From: Anaerolineaceae bacterium
GTDB lineage: Bacteria; Chloroflexota; Anaerolineae; Anaerolineales; Anaerolineaceae
Reading direction: 5' to 3'
DNA length: 64,000 nt
NCBI GenBank assembly: GCA_030653365.1
Contig: JAURZL010000007.1
Coordinates: 434,011-498,010, forward strand
Under the pieces are notes generated by a model. That model did no database searches. It was given only the letters and a program-made list of their open reading frames with translations, and was not told the DNA's origin. The translations under genes and the position numbers were made by a program. Shown here piece after piece: positions 38,670-47,550 of this stretch (position 1 is the first letter of the stretch; each line of letters begins with the position of its first letter).

Positions 38670-38849
38670 TCATCACTCCTTTAAGTGTTTTTAAAGATGA
38701 AATAATTCGGTTATTAATTTGAATATTAATTAATTGTATTCGATTTGCCTGTTATCAGAAGATACCATTTGTACTAAAAATAATCAAAAAAGCTCAGCAT
38801 TTTGCCAAGCTTTTAAAGAAATTTCTGAAAAATTAAACGAATTAATCAA

Positions 38850-39785
38850 TTATCCTGTTACTACTTCCTTTTTTCGGAACCAATTCTTCCATTCTTTGGT
38901 TTCCCAAACAACCAGAAGAGGTGCTGCAACAAAGATAGATGAATATGTACCGCTAAAAAGTCCGACCAATAAAATCACTGCAAATTCCCGCAGAGTAACT
39001 CCACCAAATAAGGCTAAGGCTAATAACATGAATTCTACCGTCATTAATTGTGTATTAATCGAACGTTGTAAGGTTTGGACAATTGAATGGTTGACCAATT
39101 TTTCAAACTTTAACTTTCTAAAAATAGTACTGTTTTCACGGATTCTATCAAAAACAACAATCTTGTCCTGAACTGAAAACCCAATGACGGTTAATAATGC
39201 AGTTAAAAACATCGAATCGACTTGCCAACCGAAAAGTTTTCCTCCAATTGCACTGAGGCTAACAACAATTAAAACATCATGCATCATGGCTAAAATGCCA
39301 CAGACACCATAACGAAAAGCATTGGTTATGCCTCTAAATGCAAAAGTAATATATATAACGACTGCTAAAGCAGCGATTCCCACAGCCATTGCTGCTCTTT
39401 GAGTAACCTGTTCTGCAATGACAGGGCCAACACTTTCGAAACGGTTTACAATTATTTGTGAATTACTTAACGTTTCGAGATTGTTAACAATGTTTCCTTT
39501 TATCTGTTCGTCCATAAATGGAGAACGGATTACAAGAATTGTTCGCTGGTCGTTTGTATCCATAGCTGTTTGAACAGTTACTTCTTTGAAATCATACTCA
39601 TCATAAATGGCGATTACTTCTTCAGTCCCCGGTAAATTGGGTGATGAATACTGCAATTCTAATAAGGTTCCACCCCTGAAATCGACCGCCAAAGGTAAAC
39701 CATCAATAGCGATAATTACCAATCCGATAAGAATGAAAACAGTTGATATTGCAAAGAATAGATAGCGTTTTCCTAAAATGTTCAT
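38850..39785 (-). CDS. secF: Protein translocase subunit SecF
   Basis: 311-aa polytopic protein. DFRGGT motif and an RND-like C-terminal TM bundle. Directly downstream of secD. Confidence 0.9.
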   Translation of the reverse strand: MNILGKRYLFFAISTVFILIGLVIIAIDGLPLAVDFRGGTLLELQYSSPNLPGTEEVIAIYDEYDFKEVTVQTAMDTNDQRTILVIRSPFMDEQIKGNIVNNLETLSNSQIIVNRFESVGPVIAEQVTQRAAMAVGIAALAVVIYITFAFRGITNAFRYGVCGILAMMHDVLIVVSLSAIGGKLFGWQVDSMFLTALLTVIGFSVQDKIVVFDRIRENSTIFRKLKFEKLVNHSIVQTLQRSINTQLMTVEFMLLALALFGGVTLREFAVILLVGLFSGTYSSIFVAAPLLVVWETKEWKNWFRKKEVVTG

Positions 39786-39800
39786 TTTTTCACCCTTTCT

Positions 39801-41180
39801 TTAGATGCCAAACCATTTCAAATGGTTTTCAGGATGTTTAATGAGATCTAATGAGATTGCCAGAAAAGTTCTGGTTACAACAATCGCAGAGAACAAACTG
39901 ACTGCAACACCTAAAGCTAATGTTATTGCAAATCCTTTTACAAAACTTGCACCAAATGTTGATCCAAACCAGAACAGGATGGAACAGGTGATGATGGTAG
40001 CGATATTTGAGTCTCTTATGGACGGCCATGCCCTTTTCCAGCCCAGATCGATTGCTTGTGAAAGGGTTCGACCATTTCGTAATTCTTCTTTCAATCTTTC
40101 AAAAATTAGAATATTTGCGTCTAATGCGCTGCCAGTACTGAGGAGAAAACCTGCGATACCTGGTAAAGTAAGGGTGACAGGGATTAACCTGAATAAAGCA
40201 AAAGTCACCAAAGCATAAATTATGATTGAAAAATCTGCCAAGATTCCAGGAACTTTATAGAAAATTGCCATAAATAAGGCGACCAATATAAATCCAACAA
40301 GGCCGGCAACAAGACTTTTTTCAAGCGAGTCTTGACCTAATGTTGGCCCAATTACCCGGATTTGTTCAACAACCAGGGGGATTGGCAATGAACCATAGCG
40401 TAATTGGACAGCCAATGCATTGGCTTCATCAATTGTAAAAGAACCCGAAATTGTTCCAGAGCCATCAGGGATAGCATTAGAAATTGTAGGAGCAGATATT
40501 ATTTTATTATCCAGTACGATGGCTAAAAATTTTCCGATATTATTTTTCGTATGTTCTGCAAAAATATCTTTACCTTGAGTGGTTAATTCAAAATTTATCT
40601 GATAGGTATTTGCAATAGGACTATCAACTGCGACAGCTTTTAAGTCAATGCCAGTCATAACTGTATGAAATATGGGTTTTGGAGTTTCAGCATTTGCATC
40701 ATCTGTTGGAACAATTAAGCCTGGTGCTGGTACTTCGGTGACTTTTATGGATGACGTGAAATCCGTAACAATATCGTCACCAGGTAAAAATTGCCAAAGA
40801 TTGTCGCCAATATCAACAAATTCCAAAACACCAGTTTGTTTGATTTGTTCGATTACATCCTCAGCATTACTTGCTCCAGGAAATTCACCAACAATTCGAT
40901 TACTGCCTGCCACCTGAAATACGACTTCACTAACACCTAAACCATTGGAGCGATTTTCAAGTATTTGGCGTGCGACCTGTAATGAATCGCCAGTGACTTC
41001 AGCACCTTCTGGAAGATCAGCTTTTAGGATAACTTGCATGCCACCACGAAGGTCCAGGCCTAATACAGTTGAGATTGATTTATTAATTACCGGAATATTT
41101 GTATTTGAGGGGAGATCAATCCAGATCACTGCAGCAAGCAGGACAAGTATCAGGATCAGGTTGATATAGCGTCGCTTCAT
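39801..41180 (-). CDS. secD: Protein translocase subunit SecD
   Basis: LGLDLRGG motif, a periplasmic P1 domain and a C-terminal 6-TM bundle. ATG at 41180 (MKRRYINL) is preceded by GGAGG and is preferred over the tracked start at 41228. Confidence 0.9.
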   Translation of the reverse strand: MKRRYINLILILVLLAAVIWIDLPSNTNIPVINKSISTVLGLDLRGGMQVILKADLPEGAEVTGDSLQVARQILENRSNGLGVSEVVFQVAGSNRIVGEFPGASNAEDVIEQIKQTGVLEFVDIGDNLWQFLPGDDIVTDFTSSIKVTEVPAPGLIVPTDDANAETPKPIFHTVMTGIDLKAVAVDSPIANTYQINFELTTQGKDIFAEHTKNNIGKFLAIVLDNKIISAPTISNAIPDGSGTISGSFTIDEANALAVQLRYGSLPIPLVVEQIRVIGPTLGQDSLEKSLVAGLVGFILVALFMAIFYKVPGILADFSIIIYALVTFALFRLIPVTLTLPGIAGFLLSTGSALDANILIFERLKEELRNGRTLSQAIDLGWKRAWPSIRDSNIATIITCSILFWFGSTFGASFVKGFAITLALGVAVSLFSAIVVTRTFLAISLDLIKHPENHLKWFGI

Positions 41181-41289
41181 AGGAAAATAACCTCCAGTCC
41201 TAGTATCCGCAGCCATAAAGCTGCACAACCCGAAAATTATACTCTTATATTTGTCTTATGGGTAGGAATGGATTCAGTGAATGTCAAGG

Positions 41290-41364
41290 CAATATAGAAA
41301 TGTCCTAGTCCGAGCACAATAGAAATGTCCTATTGTGAGCAAAATTGGAATGTCCAGATTTGTA
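41290..41364. repeat. Three degenerate 25-bp tandem direct repeats in the intergenic region upstream of secD
   Basis: CAATATAGAAATGTCCTAGTCCGAG / CACAATAGAAATGTCCTATTGTGAG / CAAAATTGGAATGTCCAGATTTGTA. Additional AATGTC copies occur at 41280 and 41401. Confidence 0.65.
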
Positions 41365-41461
41365 ACCAAATTTGATTTTTTCATTAGCATATTAGCCAAA
41401 AATGTCAAAATCATATGAATTTTGGAAAAATCGTTTTGGTCAATTTCAGTCGAGAATTAAA

Positions 41462-42457
41462 TTAATAGGTGAAACCAGGGAGATTTTTAGAAATTTGATC
41501 ACAAATTGCATGATACGCCCAATCATCCCATTCTTCTTTTACACCGATTCCAGATAAATCGAGATAATTTTTAAATATTAATCCACCTTTAAAAATATCA
41601 AACATTTTGAGTGCCCCAGATTCAATTATGGACCGATCACCAGTAGGTAGAATTTTCTGAATATCTATTGGACTGAATAAAGCAGCTTTATGTTTCTGTA
41701 ACAAATCAGATAGTTCAGGCATGTTGTATACTGCAGGTTGATCAAATTGGAATACATCAACCCCAATTTCCAAAAGGTCTGGAAGAATTGCCCAATTTTT
41801 ACCACAAGAGTGCATAAATACTTTTAAACCATAATCATGGGCTATGGAAAACAAGCGGGCATATTCCGATTTGAAATAATATCGAAACATTTTTGGACTA
41901 AATAAAAGTCCTGTTTGAGTACCCATGTCTTCGCCAAGGAATATTCCATCAGCATCATTTTTCCCCGCAAGATGGATTTTTTGTTCGTACACTTCTGAAA
42001 TTATTCCATGTAAACGATTCAATTCATCAGGATTTGCAGCCATGTCAAAAAAATAGACTGACATATCTCGAATATAGCGGGCATTGTCGAAAATCCAACC
42101 ACCCACAATTGCTATCTTAAACTTATCTGTAGGTTGTTTAAAGAGACTATTCATTTCTTTTGCACAATCTGGATGTGTATAATCAGGAGTCTGTAAGCAG
42201 TCCAGATCATTCCAATCCTTTACAAAAGGTCGATAGATTTCACCTTTTTGAGATCCTGTAGTCATCCGATGCCAAATATTTCCCCATTCATCGTCATAAT
42301 ATTCACGGTCGCCTTCCAACCAACGTTTTTGATGATAATTGTATGGTTTCAGATCTGCATATAAAAAATCACTTATGCGATTGCGATCAAAATCAAGGCC
42401 TGGACGAGGAGGATCTTCATGGTTGATATTGGCTAAAATGATTTCTTTTGAATTCAT
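41462..42457 (-). CDS. Uroporphyrinogen-decarboxylase (URO-D/MtaA-like) family protein
   Basis: 331 aa. FMHSCGKNWAILPDLLEIGVDVFQFDQP resembles the HxCG...D motif block of URO-D/MtaA-type TIM barrels. 4-nt overlap with the upstream gene. Family call is from motif memory only. Confidence 0.5.
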   Translation of the reverse strand: MNSKEIILANINHEDPPRPGLDFDRNRISDFLYADLKPYNYHQKRWLEGDREYYDDEWGNIWHRMTTGSQKGEIYRPFVKDWNDLDCLQTPDYTHPDCAKEMNSLFKQPTDKFKIAIVGGWIFDNARYIRDMSVYFFDMAANPDELNRLHGIISEVYEQKIHLAGKNDADGIFLGEDMGTQTGLLFSPKMFRYYFKSEYARLFSIAHDYGLKVFMHSCGKNWAILPDLLEIGVDVFQFDQPAVYNMPELSDLLQKHKAALFSPIDIQKILPTGDRSIIESGALKMFDIFKGGLIFKNYLDLSGIGVKEEWDDWAYHAICDQISKNLPGFTY

Positions 42458-43371
42458 AATGAGCTCATTCTACTCTTTTTTTCATCTTCAAATAATTTCA
42501 TGAATCTTTTTCCATATGAAACATAGTTTTCATACCTGATAGAAGCGATTGATTGTTCCGATTGATCATGATGAATGAAGGAAAGGTGAGGTTCAATGGA
42601 AAAACCTCCATCATATCCAGTTCTTAATAAATCAAACACAATTTTCCTCACATCGCCATGTCCCTCTCCAGGAAATGTAAATTCCAATTGGGGAAAAATG
42701 TCATTTTTCTCAGCGATGAATATGCAATCTTTTATATGGACATACTCAATAAATTCGCGTATGTTTTTATAGAATTCCCATGAAGACTGTTTTTTAAATG
42801 GTGGTGGGCCAACCCGATTATCAGATCCTACAGGATTGCCTGTGTCAAAAACCAATTTGAAATTTGGTGATTGAATGTTATCCAATAACCTTAGAGTATG
42901 AATATACGACAGTCCCCCATAATTCATACAATTTTCGTGCAGGTACATGATTCCAGAATCTTCACATATTTTTATCAGGGTAGATAATTTTTCAAAAATG
43001 TGCTTTTCAATTTCTGGTGAGTCTGGTTCAACATCTCTCAAAATTTTAAAACTCATGCCACGAATATAACGTGTTCCTAATCGATGCATGCGCGGAATTG
43101 CCCGGTTCAAGGACTGAACACACTCATCAAATGACTCATCATCTCTAGGATCTTTACTCCAATTCGCAATAGCACTCCCGAAGCAATTAATATTTATTCC
43201 AAATTCCATTAGTTTTTCGTATACAAAATCAAATTCTTTTTCACTAATATCTGTTATGTTGACATTGTTGATGGAACGTGATTCGATGTTCTTCCATCCT
43301 AACTCGATTGTTGCTTTTATCTGAGTTTCTATTGAATTTCCTGCTTCATCTGCAAAACCTGAAAAATACAT
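42454..43371 (-). CDS. Sugar phosphate isomerase/epimerase (xylose-isomerase-like TIM barrel)
   Basis: 305 aa. Pattern typical of AP-endonuclease-2/xylose-isomerase-like TIM barrels (LHENC, FDTGN, HIKD, EPH). Confidence 0.75.
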   Translation of the reverse strand: MYFSGFADEAGNSIETQIKATIELGWKNIESRSINNVNITDISEKEFDFVYEKLMEFGININCFGSAIANWSKDPRDDESFDECVQSLNRAIPRMHRLGTRYIRGMSFKILRDVEPDSPEIEKHIFEKLSTLIKICEDSGIMYLHENCMNYGGLSYIHTLRLLDNIQSPNFKLVFDTGNPVGSDNRVGPPPFKKQSSWEFYKNIREFIEYVHIKDCIFIAEKNDIFPQLEFTFPGEGHGDVRKIVFDLLRTGYDGGFSIEPHLSFIHHDQSEQSIASIRYENYVSYGKRFMKLFEDEKKSRMSSL

Positions 43372-43404
43372 TCTACCTCCTACGTCAGCATCATTACCAA
43401 TAAT

Positions 43405-44586
43405 TCAATTTCCAAATGAACCTGATATATCAAAGATTTCATTCTCGTTCACAATTTTCTGAAATTTAGAATTCCGAATTTTATCAATGAGAATATTTTT
43501 ATACATTTCTTCATTAATTGGTAAATTGACGGGTTTATCCAAAAATGAAGATAACATGATCGCATTACCAAGTTGCAATTGATGTACACCATCAACCCCC
43601 GGGACAATTAAGCTTTCTCCATTTTGAATAGATCTAACAAAATTTTGAATGATTATGTCATGCCCTGGTCCACCATGGTGAACATAAGGAACATTGATTT
43701 TTGTGAATTCCACCTGCTTATAAGGATCGGGAGAAGTTTGAATTTGATCAAGCATCGATTTTTTGTTTTCCCAGAAGGTTAACAATTCATCTTCAACCAC
43801 CAATTTTCCTTTTTCACCAATAATCTCAAGCCGATTGGTTCCAGGAGACTCTGCTGTTGAAGTGATGAAATGTCCGATCATACCATTTTCATATTCCATA
43901 TAGGCAGTTACTTCATCTTCAACTTCAATAGAATGATATTTACCTAATTGAGCAAAACCTGTTAGTTTCATTGGCATTCCAAAAAACCATTGGAATAAAT
44001 CGAGGTTATGAGGGCATTGATTGAGCAAAACGCCTCCACCTTCACCATGCCATGTAGCCCGCCAATCTCCATGATCATAATACCTTTGAGTTCGGAACCA
44101 ATTTGTAATGATCCAGGTTGCTCTGACAATTTTTCCTAATTTTCCTTCATCAAGCATTTTCTTTACCATTATCCAAGAACCATATGTGCGTTGTTGAAAC
44201 ATGATCGCAAATTTCAGATTTGGATGAGTTTCTAATGCCTTTTCATAGGCAGTTATCATTTTCTTAGCATTACATACATGAGCAGCAATAGGTTTTTCTG
44301 TAAGAACATGAATTCCTTTTTGAAAACAATCGATGGCAATTGGTGTGTGGTCGTAGTGAGGTGTGGCAATTATCACTCCATCCAAATTGACAGTATTTAT
44401 CATTTTCTGATAATTGGTAAATTGTTTGCAATCTGATCCATTTGAGTATTTTTCAGCTCTTTCAGGTATCAAATCACATACAGCTGCTAAATTGACATCT
44501 GGTAATAATTGGATATCTTTTGCATGCTGACTTCCCATTGCCCCCACACCAATAACTGCTAACTGAACTTTATTATTTTCCATCAA
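43405..44586 (-). CDS. Gfo/Idh/MocA-family NAD(P)-dependent oxidoreductase
   Basis: 393 aa. N-terminal Rossmann fold (VIGVGAMGSQHA), the EKP motif (LTEKPIA) and a C-terminal alpha/beta domain. Confidence 0.85.
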   Translation of the reverse strand: MMENNKVQLAVIGVGAMGSQHAKDIQLLPDVNLAAVCDLIPERAEKYSNGSDCKQFTNYQKMINTVNLDGVIIATPHYDHTPIAIDCFQKGIHVLTEKPIAAHVCNAKKMITAYEKALETHPNLKFAIMFQQRTYGSWIMVKKMLDEGKLGKIVRATWIITNWFRTQRYYDHGDWRATWHGEGGGVLLNQCPHNLDLFQWFFGMPMKLTGFAQLGKYHSIEVEDEVTAYMEYENGMIGHFITSTAESPGTNRLEIIGEKGKLVVEDELLTFWENKKSMLDQIQTSPDPYKQVEFTKINVPYVHHGGPGHDIIIQNFVRSIQNGESLIVPGVDGVHQLQLGNAIMLSSFLDKPVNLPINEEMYKNILIDKIRNSKFQKIVNENEIFDISGSFGN

Positions 44587-44648
44587 TCCTCCGCATTATC
44601 TACAATACTCGCAAGTTAGGGGATTGGCTATCAAAAAATACTCAAAAA

Positions 44649-45470
44649 CTAATGGTTAATATCCATATTTCTGCGAATGTTTCCTTGAGAGCGTCGATAA
44701 TCGCCAGGTGATACACCTGTCTCCTGCCGAAAAATCTGAGCAAAATGACTGAAACTGGTGTAGCCTACCTGCAGACTAATTTCAGAAATAGGCAACGAGC
44801 TTTCTAATAATAATTGCTTTGCACTGTTAATTCGAAATTCTAATAATCTTTTTGAGAGGGTTGTTCCAGTTGCATTTCGAAAAATTCTTGCCAGATGTGA
44901 TGGGGAGAGGTGAAAAACCTTTGATAATTCTTTTCGGGATAAATTGTGATGCAAATTTCTTTGCATGTAGGTTTCTATGCGTTCAACGATTTCTTTTTTT
45001 GATTGAATATTTAGATTTGATGAGTATTCAATTGCCGTGTTGCTTTTTTGAGAACGCTCCAAACCAATCAATAATCTGATGATAAGTGATTCAACAAGTT
45101 CAACGGTATTTTCTTCTGGTTTATTAATTTCATGGATTAGTGAACTTAGGTCATTTTGGAATTCATTAGGAATTGAAACCACAACATCAGATAGATGTTT
45201 TAATTTTAAGGAATGATTTTCAAATAGAACGTAAAAATAACCTAGGGATTTATCACGATACTTCGGTGATCTAAACACGCCTGGAGAAATCAATATTGAA
45301 TCGTGTGGATTCATTTTGTTGGTTGTATCACCAACCTTAAAATCAACACTTCCGTAAACCACACAATACCATTGATACAAATTGTGGATGTGTTGGGGAA
45401 CAAAATAAGAAGGACCTACTTCGTTGTATACAATTTCACGTATAGTTATCGTTGGTGTTCTGGTATTCAT
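44649..45470 (-). CDS. AraC-family transcriptional regulator (cupin sensor domain plus double HTH)
   Basis: 273 aa. The C-terminal ~100 aa carry the AraC/XylS HTH signature (LSRKELSKVFHLSPSHLARIFR ... GYTSFSHFAQIFRQETGVSPGDYRR). Confidence 0.85.
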   Translation of the reverse strand: MNTRTPTITIREIVYNEVGPSYFVPQHIHNLYQWYCVVYGSVDFKVGDTTNKMNPHDSILISPGVFRSPKYRDKSLGYFYVLFENHSLKLKHLSDVVVSIPNEFQNDLSSLIHEINKPEENTVELVESLIIRLLIGLERSQKSNTAIEYSSNLNIQSKKEIVERIETYMQRNLHHNLSRKELSKVFHLSPSHLARIFRNATGTTLSKRLLEFRINSAKQLLLESSLPISEISLQVGYTSFSHFAQIFRQETGVSPGDYRRSQGNIRRNMDINH

Positions 45471-45651
45471 GAAGATTATTATAGTATTTTCTTAAGCTAA
45501 TCATAGAAATGATCGTATATCTTTTGAAAATATAATGTAGTTTAAAATCCAAAATTGGATGTTAATATAAATTTTGACATTTCCCTTGTATTTTTGCAAA
45601 ATGAAATTGACATTTTGACTTTACACTTACAAATAAACAGGATATTTTCAA

Positions 45652-45688
45652 GGATTGCTGTCAGGATTGCTGTCAGGATTGCTTGACA
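45652..45688. repeat. 12-nt tandem repeat (GGATTGCTGTCA x2, plus a third copy GGATTGCTTGACA) running into the rpmF -35 box
   Basis: Read directly from the sequence. The third unit contains the TTGACA used in the promoter call below. Confidence 0.75.
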
Positions 45689-45712
45689 GTTCCAAATGCC
45701 TGCTATTATAAT
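45683..45712 (+). promoter_or_regulatory. Candidate sigma-70-type promoter of rpmF
   Basis: TTGACA (45683-45688), 18 nt spacer, TATAAT (45707-45712), about 55 nt upstream of the rpmF ATG. Confidence 0.5.
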
Positions 45713-45766
45713 TTGACGGCTTAACAAATAGGTAAATTACTGATTATTCAGATAGGAGTAAGGAAA

Positions 45767-45961
45767 ATGGGTCCACAGCCAAAAAGGAAAATTTCTAAAG
45801 GTCGACGTGATCGTCGCCGTGCACATGATAGTTTGACCGCACCATCATTGGTTCAATGCAGCAATTGTGGTGAAATGCGTCTTTCGCACACTGTATGTCC
45901 ATCGTGTGGACAATATCAAGGACGAGAAGTTGTCCAGGTTGAAAAAGAAAAGAAGAAATAG
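45767..45961 (+). CDS. rpmF: 50S ribosomal protein L32 (Zn-ribbon form)
   Basis: 64 aa. PKRKISKGRRDRRRAH N-terminus and CSNCG...CPSCG cysteines. Confidence 0.95.
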   Translation: MGPQPKRKISKGRRDRRRAHDSLTAPSLVQCSNCGEMRLSHTVCPSCGQYQGREVVQVEKEKKK

Positions 45962-45967
45962 AAAGAG

Positions 45968-45986
45968 ACTCCGAAAGGAGTTTTTT
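45968..45986 (+). terminator. Intrinsic terminator after rpmF
   Basis: ACTCC-gaaa-GGAGT followed by TTTTT. The stem is short, so confidence is moderate. Confidence 0.45.
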
Positions 45987-45989
45987 CTT

Positions 45990-46214
45990 TTATAAAGCCC
46001 AGGCGATCATTACACCAAATAATCCGATGATGATTCCCAGATGCAGAAGCAGATCGGATTGAGAAAACCAATTATTAAATAGCAATCCAATAATAAAATT
46101 GGTAATTATTAGAATGATCGCAACAAAAATTAACAATCCTTTTCGGTTTGAAAAAAAACTTGATAGTCTAGATAAGAGATTCGATAAATTTCCCATTTTA
46201 TTCATCTTTTTCAT
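45990..46214 (-). CDS. Small hypothetical two-TM membrane protein
   Basis: 74-aa ORF with two hydrophobic segments. It overlaps the hflX 3' end by 17 nt if the first ATG is used. An internal ATG at 46196 would remove the overlap. Confidence 0.4.
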   Translation of the reverse strand: MKKMNKMGNLSNLLSRLSSFFSNRKGLLIFVAIILIITNFIIGLLFNNWFSQSDLLLHLGIIIGLFGVMIAWAL

Positions 46215-47538
46215 TTGTTAAATTCGAAAAATAATGTTCGAATAAAGAAATATACCTTGCAGGTAATTTGCCTTCAATCAACACACCACCTTTTTTATGA
46301 GCAATATTCTCAATTTTTCCTTGTTCATGGAAGATCGAGATTAAACGACCTTGTTGATAAGGCAAGTTGACTTTTACAGGAATTAGGCTGAAAAACAATT
46401 CATTTTCAACCATGCTCAATAATTCAATTAATCCTATTCCTGTTTTAGCAGAGATAGCTACTGCATCTTTATAATCAAGGGAAATTTGTTTGGCTGCATC
46501 AGGATCGTGAAGATTATCAATTTTATTAAGTACAGTTATGGTTGGAATGTGATCAGCCTTTAGAATTGATAAGGTTTCCTGAACAGATTGCCATTGAGAT
46601 TGTGCGCTTGGATGAGTAATGTCAACAATGTGTAATAATAGATCTGCTTCGGAAATTTCTTCTAAAGTAGCTCGAAAAGCTGCAATCAATTGGGTCGGGA
46701 GTTTTTGTATAAATCCAACTGTGTCAGTAAACAAACAAGTATGGTTATCTGGCAATGTCACCCTTTTGGTCGTGGGATCTAAAGTTGCAAATAATTGATT
46801 TGCAACATAAACATCAGCTTTGGAAATTGTATTCAATAAGGTGGATTTACCAGCATTTGTGTATCCTACAAGTGATACGGTTGGAATCTGTGACCTTTTC
46901 CTTTGCTGCCGATATCGATTTCGATGAGACCTAACTTTTTCTAATTCTTTTTTTAGTGTTGAAATTTTGTTGCGGATTTCTCGGCGGTCTACTTCCAGTT
47001 GTGTCTCACCAGGACCACGCAAACCGACTCCACCAACACTGCCTGTTCTACCACCACCGCCACCAGCTTGTCTGGCTAAATGTGTCCACGCACGAGTCAA
47101 TCGTGGCAGCCGATATTCATATTGAGCCAGTTCGACCTGTAAAATACCTTCTCTGGTGTCAGCATGTTGTGCAAAAATATCCAGGATTAAAGCTGTGCGA
47201 TCCAAAACACGGATCTGATCACCGAAACTTTTTTCCAATTCTCTTTGATGTCTGGGAGAGAGTTCTTCATCGAAAATGACAATATCAGCTTGAGTTTCGT
47301 TTACCAGTGTTATTACTTCTTGCACTTTACCGGATCCAATAAAGGTTTCCGGATTTGGGTGAGAAAGACTCTGTGTTGCTTCACCGACTACCACAAGCCC
47401 TGCAGTTGCAGCAAGAAGACTTAATTCATCCATTGAATCTTCCAAAGATAACCAATTTTTTTGGTTATATATATCGACTCCAACTAAAAATGCTTTTTCT
47501 TTGGCCATCTTTGTTGGTTCAGTGCTTTTTTTTGACAT
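46198..47538 (-). CDS. hflX: GTPase HflX
   Basis: 446 aa. HflX N-domain, a coiled linker, and G-domain motifs GYTNAGKST, DTVGF and NKID. Confidence 0.9.
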   Translation of the reverse strand: MSKKSTEPTKMAKEKAFLVGVDIYNQKNWLSLEDSMDELSLLAATAGLVVVGEATQSLSHPNPETFIGSGKVQEVITLVNETQADIVIFDEELSPRHQRELEKSFGDQIRVLDRTALILDIFAQHADTREGILQVELAQYEYRLPRLTRAWTHLARQAGGGGGRTGSVGGVGLRGPGETQLEVDRREIRNKISTLKKELEKVRSHRNRYRQQRKRSQIPTVSLVGYTNAGKSTLLNTISKADVYVANQLFATLDPTTKRVTLPDNHTCLFTDTVGFIQKLPTQLIAAFRATLEEISEADLLLHIVDITHPSAQSQWQSVQETLSILKADHIPTITVLNKIDNLHDPDAAKQISLDYKDAVAISAKTGIGLIELLSMVENELFFSLIPVKVNLPYQQGRLISIFHEQGKIENIAHKKGGVLIEGKLPARYISLFEHYFSNLTNEKDE

Positions 47539-47550
47539 AATATCCTTACT

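Noticed and set aside
41290-41364. Possibility that the 25-bp repeats are a degenerate CRISPR array.
   Set aside because: The units are directly adjacent with no spacers, there are only three copies, they are degenerate, and there are no cas genes in the window.
45542-45727. 61-aa minus-strand ORF containing ILTAILTAIL.
   Set aside because: The repetitive peptide is simply the translation of the 12-nt tandem repeat in the araC-rpmF intergenic region. There is no SD and it overlaps the predicted rpmF promoter.
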